Below are positions 36,029-43,696 of a stretch of 64,000 nt of DNA, piece by piece. Every line of letters begins with the position of its first letter. The stretch's first letter is position 1. The position numbers were made by a program, and so were the translations under genes. Location: assembly GCA_964439265.1 (NCBI GenBank), contig CAYTOA010000008.1, positions 19,087-83,086 of the forward strand. Reading direction: 5' to 3'. A model generated the notes under the pieces. The model did no database searches. It saw only the letters and a list, made by a program, of their open reading frames with translations, and had not been told where the DNA came from. The DNA is from an uncultured Chitinophagaceae bacterium (lineage in GTDB: Bacteria > Bacteroidota > Ignavibacteria > UBA10030 > UBA8401).

Positions 36029-36358
36029 TCGACGATTCAACGAGTCGTCGACTCGTTGAGGGTCGGGCGAAAGTGTACGTTCTGACTGAAGCAACTCTTC
36101 AATTTTTATGTGATTAAATTGGGAAATCAGCCGCTTTTTCCTTTCGGTATTCCATTTCTTTTTCAATTCCTGCTCACGCCACATTGCCTCCGATCGCCGA
36201 TCAAAGACTTCAAAATAGCCCAATTGCCACGGTGATTTCTTCCGAGTAGATTGAACTCTTCCTGAATTATGAAGTTTTAGTCTCGCATGAATATCTTGAG
36301 TCTGTCCAGTATAGAGGGTTCCGTCAGCGTCGCTCACGAGAATGTAAACGTAAAACAT
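36011..36358 (-). CDS. small standalone GIY-YIG nuclease-domain protein
   Basis: FYVYILVSDADGTLYTGQTQDIHARLKLHN...RRSEAMWREQELKK gives the GIY...YTG, R, E and N core. ATG at 36358 follows GGGGAGGG. The last codons and stop lie inside the duplicated SRP RNA tail. Confidence 0.8.
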   Translation of the reverse strand: MFYVYILVSDADGTLYTGQTQDIHARLKLHNSGRVQSTRKKSPWQLGYFEVFDRRSEAMWREQELKKKWNTERKKRLISQFNHIKIEELLQSERTLSPDPQRVDDSLNRRPLPKV

Positions 36359-36382
36359 TAATCCCTCCCCACGAATAAAAAA

Positions 36383-36477
36383 GGTCAAGCTTACTGTATC
36401 ACACTTTCGGTAGCGGGCCGTTGCTTCCTTCCGGACCTGGCGGGGTTGGGCGACTTACGGTTGTACAGGGCTTGACC
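36383..36477 (-). ncRNA. ffs: signal recognition particle RNA (small/4.5S type)
   Basis: Minus strand reads GGTCAAGCCCTGTACAACCGTAAGTCGCCCAACCCCGCCAGGTCCGGAAGGAAGCAACGGCCCGCTACCGAAAGTGTGATACAGTAAGCTTGACC. It contains the conserved domain IV CAGGUCCGGAAGGAAGCA with a GGAA tetraloop, a terminal stem GGTCAAGC/GCTTGACC, and a following T6 run. Confidence 0.85.
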
Positions 36478-36481
36478 TTTA

Positions 36482-36544
36482 CAATTAACAATGAACAATC
36501 AACAATGATCATTCATTCTTAATTCATAATTCTTAATTATTAAT
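36482..36544 (-). repeat. heptanucleotide tandem array between tRNA-Ala and ffs (9 heptamers in register)
   Basis: CAATTAA CAATGAA CAATCAA CAATGAT CATTCAT TCTTAAT TCATAAT TCTTAAT TATTAAT. Closely related to the array at 14139-14250. Confidence 0.85.
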
Positions 36545-36554
36545 TGCTCTCTTG

Positions 36555-36627
36555 TGGAGCTGATCGGGATCGAACCGACGACCTATTCGTTGCGAACGAA
36601 TCGCTCTCCCAACTGAGCTACAGCCCC
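36555..36627 (-). tRNA. tRNA-Ala (anticodon CGC)
   Basis: Reverse complement is GGGGCTGTAGCTCAGTTGGGAGAGCGATTCGTTCGCAACGAATAGGTCGTCGGTTCGATCCCGATCAGCTCCA. It folds as a cloverleaf with anticodon loop TTCGCAA, a G3:U70 alanine identity pair and a GTTCGATC T-loop. No encoded CCA. Confidence 0.95.
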
Positions 36628-36836
36628 AATTTAAGGTCTTCGTTGTGAATGAATTTCGCGATACATCCTTTTCATTCACGCCCAAGATTTCAAGTTTTGG
36701 ACCAATTCGTCCAGCTGGTAATTATCCAAATCTCTGAGACAATATAGTGAACAATAGAAGTTAATTCAAGGCTAATTCTGCCCGTCAAATTGGCATCTGA
36801 GTATTGAGAGAGAGCCCAAATTGCAGCCTTTCGGTC

Positions 36837-37031
36837 TTAGCCCTGTTCCAGCGCCAAATAATCGTTACCAAACTCCGTATCCGAGTATTCTAATGCGAAA
36901 GCTTCAATCCCCCGGCCGCGACAGAAGGGAATGGCGAGTAACCGCCTTTCCAGACTCGTGATCGCGCCATCTTTCCTTTTTTTGAATTTACAATCACGCC
37001 GCTGAATTTGGAAATGAGGGTCTATATTCAT
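36837..37031 (-). pseudogene. possible truncated remnant of an FdtA/WxcM-like sugar 3,4-ketoisomerase (64-aa ORF)
   Basis: The start shares one base with the methyltransferase stop (TGATG). DGAITSLERRLLAIPFCRGR resembles the RGSL.A.E....IPF.IKR N-terminus of FdtA-type cupins, but the ORF ends after 64 aa. This is my recollection of the family pattern only. Confidence 0.25.
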
Positions 37032-38260
37032 CAGACAATTTCAATTTCAGGCAACGGAAAAATGAATTTGCCCCCCTGTTCTATGTACTCTCTTTCCCTC
37101 TCCAAGATTGAATTCTTGAAGTGCCACGGGAGCGCCAAAAAATAGTCCGGCTTCATTGCTCTCGCTTCCTTTTCTGAAATGATCGGGATGTGCGTTCCGG
37201 GAGTATAGCAGCCAAATTTTTGTTCGTTTACTTCGGCGATATACGGCACATGACTGGTTGTAATTCCGCAGAATTGCAGCAGTACATTTCCTTTCGTGGA
37301 GGCGCCGTATCCAAAGACTTTTTTCCCATCGTTTACCAAAGCCTCTATTAACTCCGTCAGATTCTTTTTGTGCTTAAATACTCTTTCTTCAAAATCACGA
37401 TACGGCTTAGGAGTGTCCAGTCCCATATCTTCTTCTTGCTGCAGCATCCAGTTTATGATCGGCGTATTGGAGACATACGACGCGTGCTTCTTCGAGGCCG
37501 TAACAGCAAAACTTCCGCCATTGATGGCATTCATCTGAACATCTAGCACCCGCATGCCGCAATTGTCAAGCAGATTTTTAACGACTTTGAAGGAATAGAA
37601 TTCCAGGTGTTCGTGACAAACGGTATCGTATGAATTGGAACGCAGCATAGACGGCATGTAACTTTGCTCAAAATGCCATATTCCGTCCTCGGCCAGTATT
37701 GCTTCAATATCTTTCACAAATTTCATGGGGTCTTCTAAATCATAGAACATTGCGATCGAGGTAATGATTTTTGCCTTCGTTTTGGGGAATGCCCTTTCAA
37801 ATATTTCGGCCGAAAAAAAATCGGGAATGAGAACAATATCGCTGGTGTAGAACTCCTTGAATTTGACGCCGGTGGGGTCAATGCCGACCTTCGTATACTC
37901 TCCGGAGTAGGCCTTCAGAGTTGTGGTGTCGTTGCTGCCGATATCCAGAACCAGATCACCTTTTGACAATGATATCAAGCGTTCTAACGCGCGAATTTTA
38001 TTGGTCAGATGCTTTACCATCGATGCATTCAAGCCCGAGCGATAACCATAATTATCCCCATACATTTCCTCGGGCGAGTACGATTGTTTCATCTGAAGTA
38101 ATCCGCTGTCCGGGCACCATACTAAATCTAAAGGGCCTTTCGTGATGATCTCATCTTTCGATTTTGGAAAAGTACCGGTAAGACAAAGTTCTCCGAGGGA
38201 AAGTACGGTGATAAGATTTTTACTTTTGCCTATCCTGCATTTCGAAATTTCATTATACAT
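37031..38260 (-). CDS. SAM-dependent NDP-hexose C-methyltransferase (TylCIII/ Methyltransf_13-14 type)
   Basis: N-terminal zinc-ribbon-like segment (CRIGKSKNL...LGELCLTG), YGDNYGYRSG, VLDIGSNDTT SAM motif, and a C-terminal C-methyltransferase domain; 409 aa. Confidence 0.75.
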   Translation of the reverse strand: MYNEISKCRIGKSKNLITVLSLGELCLTGTFPKSKDEIITKGPLDLVWCPDSGLLQMKQSYSPEEMYGDNYGYRSGLNASMVKHLTNKIRALERLISLSKGDLVLDIGSNDTTTLKAYSGEYTKVGIDPTGVKFKEFYTSDIVLIPDFFSAEIFERAFPKTKAKIITSIAMFYDLEDPMKFVKDIEAILAEDGIWHFEQSYMPSMLRSNSYDTVCHEHLEFYSFKVVKNLLDNCGMRVLDVQMNAINGGSFAVTASKKHASYVSNTPIINWMLQQEEDMGLDTPKPYRDFEERVFKHKKNLTELIEALVNDGKKVFGYGASTKGNVLLQFCGITTSHVPYIAEVNEQKFGCYTPGTHIPIISEKEARAMKPDYFLALPWHFKNSILEREREYIEQGGKFIFPLPEIEIV

Positions 38261-38272
38261 AAATTTCCTCGC

Positions 38273-38722
38273 CTAGGGTTTTGTACTCTGCTTCATGACC
38301 ATCATCTGAAATTGGCTGTCGATGCGATCTATGCATTTGGTGCGAATCAGATTGAGCTTCGCAAGCTGCTTTATGACAGCATCTTTTTCCGCCATGGGTA
38401 CTTTCTCAAATTCATAGACTTTTTCCTGTTCATGCCATAAATCGCAATTGGTTTTCGCCAGCTCTGAAACAATCTGTCCGATACTGCCTGTGACTTCACT
38501 TATTTCATTACCGTCTTTTTTGTATACTTTGTTCGATGAAAAGATCAGCTTTTCCGGCGAAATCACTCCAGAAACTGCATCAGAAACATATGAATTTATT
38601 TCGTCTCTAAGCTGATTCTCCTGGAGGGCAAGGCTCTCAAGTCTTGTGGGATCATCAGCATGGTATTGCTTTAGCTTTACCACGGTGAGTTTGTCGCAAA
38701 GCGAGCCTAAGGTCTCGGCCAT
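38273..38722 (-). CDS. hypothetical helical protein, possibly DUF4254-like
   Basis: ATG at 38722 is preceded by AGGAG. NCDLWHEQEKVY and RTKCIDRID resemble what I recall of DUF4254 motifs. It lies 12 nt upstream of the C-methyltransferase gene. Confidence 0.45.
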   Translation of the reverse strand: MAETLGSLCDKLTVVKLKQYHADDPTRLESLALQENQLRDEINSYVSDAVSGVISPEKLIFSSNKVYKKDGNEISEVTGSIGQIVSELAKTNCDLWHEQEKVYEFEKVPMAEKDAVIKQLAKLNLIRTKCIDRIDSQFQMMVMKQSTKP

Positions 38723-39278
38723 ATCATCTCCTGCTTTCACTTGGTGGTGTTTCCCGGTTCGATCGACCAATCAAACACCGGGTTCTTCAAGCCTCTCGCT
38801 CGGCGCACATTTGGAGCCGGTATCAATAATTGTCATCGACGATTCGTTCGGGACAAAATCGATTGCATGGTGGTCGGAGATCGGCATTGCTTTCCGGACT
38901 CAGAATATTTCCGGGAATAACCGCATTGACGATTTCAATTTCAGCATCGTCCATGGAGTCAATTTTCAATTCGCTATCGGATGGGAACTCATTTCCCCGC
39001 AATCGAGCACTCTTATGCTTCTCTCTGCACTGCTAATCCATCTATTGATAGGCCACGTAATCGCGCGAGCAGCATGCCGGCAACGGCTCATCCATTGTTA
39101 ACGTTTTCGGTCCCGGGCGAGCCGCAACCGCAAGGGCAAACCTCGATACCATATCGGACGGAATATGTCCTATCGCCGCAGCGACGAATGACTCAACTTC
39201 AGCGAAGAAAAAGACCCGACATCGGGAACATAAAGTGAAGCCAAATAATATAGAAAAGAATAGAAGTGAATTCAAGGC

Positions 39279-39533
39279 GAATTCTGGTAGTGTCCTAATT
39301 TGAATAATCAGTGCCATAAAATGATCCCAGAATGACATTGATGGGATTGGAGGGCTTAAGAATGATGAAGGCACCAAAAACTATAGGTCATTCCGAGCGA
39401 AGCGAGGAATCTATGCGGTAAGAAAGATTCTCCCGAAGGGATGCCTTCGGCATTCACTCCGCTTCGCTCCGTTCAGAATGACATTCCTCAGGCTTTTTAC
39501 ATGTCCATTCAAATTAGGACACTACCCGAATTC
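39279..39533. mobile_element. MITE-like non-coding element with 27-bp terminal inverted repeats and internal inverted repeats
   Basis: GAATTCTGGTAGTGTCCTAATTTGAAT (39279-39305) against the reverse complement of 39507-39533 is 26/27. Internal imperfect inverted repeat GTCATTCCGAGCGAAGCGAGG (39387-39407) / 39459-39482, and hairpin CCGAAGG-GATG-CCTTCGG (39433-39450). No ORF. Confidence 0.5.
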
Positions 39534-40361
39534 TTCACTCCGGTGATGACGGCAGTGAATGCACAAATGAAGACCTAACAGAAAAATGAAAGGGGGCTCC
39601 GTGTTGTTCTTTCTTTACCTCTCTGTCTTTCTTCAGTTACTCCCGTTACCACCATAACTTCAACCAACTCGATCAGGTCCACAACCGAGCCGGAGACAAG
39701 ACCAAATTGAAAGGTCCGGATTTCATACGTCGTTCGCAGGCGTTCTTTTTCGAACGCAAAGTTAAATATCCGCAAACGACTGTTTGCGGCAGCAGATTGA
39801 GTATAGGGTAATCGTACATTAGTTGTTCAGCTCAAAGAATCTTATTTCTTGATTATTCTTTTGGATCCTCATACATTTATTCACTTGAGGGAGCAAATAT
39901 AAATCCCCTGATTCGATCTTGGTGACTGATGTTGTTTGCCGTGAGATAGTCATTCTACCATCTTCAGCTTGTCGATGCCTGAAAGAAGTTACTCCTTTTT
40001 CGTTGGCACATGAATCCGGCGCAGGCCAGGCACAAGCCGCATTGAACGGCAGCATCGTACATTGAGGATGAACAGACGACGCTTCGCAATTCTCACAAGC
40101 GCCTGAGGAAACAACGAGGGTTTCATCAGGCGGCGATCGCTCTGCATTTCTATGCACATAATTTTCTCCACATTCATCAAAGCCTCAGAATTGCGCCAGC
40201 AGCAAAATCAGGAATCACAAATCGAATTTAGAATCGGTCAGACGACCGGACATGACGAATTCAAAAATAACGGCACAACACTTTCAATTTTGAGCACTAC
40301 GAGAGATTCGAACAACTTAATCCCAGCTGGAATGAGTTAATTAAGTGAGTGAGGAAGCAAC

Positions 40362-41219
40362 GTGAATCTTGTCGAATCGATAAACTCCTTCGCGCTTAAA
40401 CAATATTCTTCGATCGTGATGCCTGCGAAGATTGAACCGCAAGGGCGTGTTTTAATTTACTCGAATATGGGATACGGCGACCTTGTGTTTTATCTGCCGG
40501 TATTGAAGGCGATAGAGAAGAAATTTGAAACCGTGATAGTTCTTGAAAATCAGGTGAAGACGAACTTTCTGCGCAGCATGGGGATCGAATCGCTCATTGT
40601 GAAAGCCGATCACCTCACCTCTGAGGCGGCAAATCGAAAATTCGACACCGTTGTCTGCCACTGGCTTCAACAGTGGACGCCTATTATCCGTCAAATCATT
40701 ACACTGAGAATTCCTTGCCGCATAGGACATGACTGGCGCGAGAAATATAATTGGCTGTGGACGCATCCTGCACGCTACCGGGACAATGGGCATTATCGAG
40801 TTTCAAATGAATCACTTCTTGAGCCATTTGGACTTGAGCCGGTTTACGATACGGCCAGGATAGAAGATCCAATCACAGATAATGAAATCATAATTGTACC
40901 GAATAGCTCTCAGCCAAAACGAGATTGGCCAGGATTTAATAGTCTTTACGAAAAGCTATCGACCCGATACAGGGTCTATAATTTGTGGAATTCTGTTCCG
41001 ATGGACGTTGCAGTCAGAACGCTTGCGGGAGCGAGGCTTGTTATTGGAAACAATTCGGGAATGCCGATAATAGCAGATTACCTGAAAGTCCCTTCAATTC
41101 AAATTTTCAGACAAGGCGAAATAGTGACACCACAGATTGCAGGACTTTCGCACGGCATTGACTTCATAGAGCCGACCGTTGATGAAGTGTATACTAGAGC
41201 TAAGACTATACTCGAATAA
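40362..41219 (+). CDS. glycosyltransferase family 9 (heptosyltransferase-like) protein
   Basis: GYGDLVFYLPVLKAIEKKF near the N-terminus and LVIGNNSGMPIIADYLKVPSIQIF near the C-terminus match the GT9 pattern (GD.. / L.IGNDSG..H.A.A.G.P...). GTG start; shorter than typical GT9 enzymes. Confidence 0.55.
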   Translation: MNLVESINSFALKQYSSIVMPAKIEPQGRVLIYSNMGYGDLVFYLPVLKAIEKKFETVIVLENQVKTNFLRSMGIESLIVKADHLTSEAANRKFDTVVCHWLQQWTPIIRQIITLRIPCRIGHDWREKYNWLWTHPARYRDNGHYRVSNESLLEPFGLEPVYDTARIEDPITDNEIIIVPNSSQPKRDWPGFNSLYEKLSTRYRVYNLWNSVPMDVAVRTLAGARLVIGNNSGMPIIADYLKVPSIQIFRQGEIVTPQIAGLSHGIDFIEPTVDEVYTRAKTILE

Positions 41220-41513
41220 ATGGCTAAGCGATTCCTTGAGGGGCTTAACCAATAGATTTCGACAAAAAGGAGCAACGCTCCAGAAGGAGACCGAGAAATA
41301 AAAGAAGTGTGTCATTGAAGAAAATCTTCGGCAGGGCTTCATACTCCTGTATTCACTTCAGTCGCTTCCAGATTTAACAAATTCCCGGGTAAAAGAATGA
41401 AAATGGCATCCGGCAACCGGCACGCTGCCGAATGTGGCGGTATCGTCGGAGGATTCAGTTGATTTGAAGGAGAGAGGATCGGAAACGAGACCTGAACACA
41501 ATAAATGCAGAGT

Positions 41514-41957
41514 TCACATCAGATCTTTTTCCATCCTTTGATGAGGGATCGTTACTTCCACGAATTCCCCTCCAATTTTTTCATACCCCAATCTTTCATA
41601 GAACCCCACCACTGTTTTCCTGGCATTCAGGACAACTCTCCTATATCCCCGTTCCTTCGCAAAATCTTCCGCAAAAGTAACCAACCTCGCTCCGACATTT
41701 TTGCTTCTCCAACTTTCCTCCACGCCGACTTGCCTCATTTTCACTTCGCGGTCATTCATAACGGTTAGAATAAGAACACCGATAAGAACGTCCCCGTTGA
41801 ACGCTCCGATATGGTAATCGTCGACCTCTTTTGTGAGGTTCTCATCAAACAAGTTCAACCCAAGCGGTTTTCGCAAAACCCGGTCTCTCAGCCAGAGTGC
41901 ACCCTGGTATTCGTCCGTGCCAAACTGAATTTGCCGCAGAAGGATCGGAGGGTTCAT
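41514..41957 (-). CDS. GNAT family N-acetyltransferase
   Basis: MRQVGVEESWRSKNVGARLVTFAEDFAKERGYRRVVLNARKTVVGFYERLGY is the acetyl-CoA binding motif A region (Q/RxxGxG/A). Confidence 0.8.
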   Translation of the reverse strand: MNPPILLRQIQFGTDEYQGALWLRDRVLRKPLGLNLFDENLTKEVDDYHIGAFNGDVLIGVLILTVMNDREVKMRQVGVEESWRSKNVGARLVTFAEDFAKERGYRRVVLNARKTVVGFYERLGYEKIGGEFVEVTIPHQRMEKDLM

Positions 41958-42351
41958 TTCAATAAGGGCTTCTTGATCGAATGACGGTATTCATCTTGAA
42001 ATCTATCTGTACGGGCAGTAGAATTTCGGATTATCCGCCGCAATTGTCAATGGCCTGGCGGCGCAGGTAGTGCTCAATTTTGAGGTTGCTGTGAAAGGTG
42101 ACGGACACCTCAGTACAAACACTACATTATGCCGAAATATCTGGTAGGGTAAATCGGTAAAGTGTCCGTCTCCTTACCACACTTGAGCACTGCCGCGATG
42201 CGAACCGGCTCGAAATAAGTTGAACTTCAGCAGGAATAGTCGTACAATATTCACGCTTTTCGCCGGTAAACATAACCCTGCCGATACTCGCAATGTCCGT
42301 GTATAAAAGAACACTCGTCATGACTAACTAACAATCCTCCAGGAGGACGCC

Positions 42352-43677
42352 GTGGTTAATAAACGATTCTTCAGTTTTGTGCTCACACTGTTTGCCTGGA
42401 GTGCGCTGGCAGCCCAGGTCAACTTAAAATTCGTTGAGTATACGCTTCCGAACGGCCTTCACGTGATCCTGCACGAAGATCATTCAACGCCGATCGTCTC
42501 CCAGGTAGTAGTGTACCACGTCGGGTCGAAAAATGAAAATCCAGACAGAACCGGCTTCGCGCATTTTTTTGAGCACCTGATGTTTGAAGGATCCCCGAAT
42601 ATTCCGCGCGGCGGATTCTTTAAAATGGTGCAGAACGCAGGGGGCGAGCTCAATGCCTTCACCAGCTTCGACAAGACCGTCTATTTCATTACCGTCCCGT
42701 CGAACCAGCTGGATCTCGCAATGTGGATGGAATCGGAACGCATGATGCACCTGAAGGTCGATTCGATCGGCATCGAGACGCAGCGCGGCGTTGTGAAAGA
42801 AGAACGGAAACAGAGCCTCGACAACAGGCCGTACGGTTCCATCATCGAACAGACATTTTCACATTCGTATAAAGTCCATCCCTACCGATGGGTGCCGATC
42901 GGGTCGTTCCAGTACATTGACAGGGCGACGTACGACGAGTTCTATCAATTCTACAAATCATTTTACCTCCCGAATAATGCGTGCCTCGTGATAGCCGGGG
43001 ACATCGATGTCGCGAAAACAAAGGCATTGGTCGAAAAGTACTACGGAGAGATTCCAAAAGGGACGAAAGAAATTTACAGGCCTTCGGCGGTCGAACCGCC
43101 GCAGACCGCGGAAGTGCGGGATACCGTGTACGACAACATCCAGCTTCCTGCCGTCATTGAAGCGTACCACATGCCTGCGCAAGGAACGAAAGACTACTAC
43201 GCTCTCAGCATGCTGACGACCCTCCTTTCGGGAGGAGAAAGTTCACGGTTAACCAAACGCCTGGTCGACAAGGAAAAGACCGCCCTTGGCGTACAGTCGT
43301 TTCCTTTTGAACTCGAAGACCCTTCTCTCTTTCTCCTCTTCGGAGTTGCGAATTTTGGAAAGTCGCCCAAGGACATCGAAGCGAGCATTCAGGACGAAAT
43401 ACGCAAGGTGCAGGACAGCCTCATCACCGATAACGAGTTGACAAAGATACGCAATGAGGAAGAGACGAGCTTTATCGAAAAAAATTCCACCGAGCAGGGA
43501 AAGGCCATTGAGCTGGCCAACTATTATGTCTTTTTCGGGGATACGAACCTCATTAATTCCGAGATCGACAAATTCATGGCGGTCACAAAAGACGACCTCC
43601 GACGCGTTGCCAATCTCTACCTCACGGAAAAGAACAGGACTGTTCTCTACTACTTACCAAAAACAAAAGTACAGTAG
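42352..43677 (+). CDS. M16 family zinc peptidase (catalytic subunit, HxxEH)
   Basis: Signal peptide; GFAHFFEHLMFEG inverted zinc motif with the downstream E (VVKEERK); 441 aa; GTG start. Confidence 0.9.
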   Translation: MVNKRFFSFVLTLFAWSALAAQVNLKFVEYTLPNGLHVILHEDHSTPIVSQVVVYHVGSKNENPDRTGFAHFFEHLMFEGSPNIPRGGFFKMVQNAGGELNAFTSFDKTVYFITVPSNQLDLAMWMESERMMHLKVDSIGIETQRGVVKEERKQSLDNRPYGSIIEQTFSHSYKVHPYRWVPIGSFQYIDRATYDEFYQFYKSFYLPNNACLVIAGDIDVAKTKALVEKYYGEIPKGTKEIYRPSAVEPPQTAEVRDTVYDNIQLPAVIEAYHMPAQGTKDYYALSMLTTLLSGGESSRLTKRLVDKEKTALGVQSFPFELEDPSLFLLFGVANFGKSPKDIEASIQDEIRKVQDSLITDNELTKIRNEEETSFIEKNSTEQGKAIELANYYVFFGDTNLINSEIDKFMAVTKDDLRRVANLYLTEKNRTVLYYLPKTKVQ

Positions 43678-43696
43678 AACTTAAGGAGCTTTCACA

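Noticed and set aside
36359-36388. N-terminal extension of the GIY-YIG ORF (MTFFIRGEGL) given in the ORF track.
   Set aside because: The extension runs into the SRP RNA terminator and tail. The internal ATG at 36358 has a GGGGAGGG Shine-Dalgarno sequence and gives the canonical family N-terminus (MFYVYIL).
38646-39377. ORFs 38646-39101 (+), 38830-39036 (+), 38981-39238 (+) and 39042-39377 (-).
   Set aside because: They overlap each other, show compositional bias without motifs, and partly overlap the DUF4254-like gene or the MITE-like element. They are probably non-coding or decayed sequence.
39819-40157. A Cys-rich 112-aa ORF as a candidate secreted or RiPP-like peptide gene.
   Set aside because: It has no ribosome-binding site, no recognisable leader or core pattern, and no adjacent modifying enzymes. 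It sits in a region of broken ORFs. I kept it only as part of the gene-poor-stretch finding.
42127-42321. A 64-aa ORF in the spacer upstream of the M16 genes, and a possible ncRNA in 41958-42351.
   Set aside because: I could see no motif, no start context and no conserved-looking structure. The evidence is insufficient.
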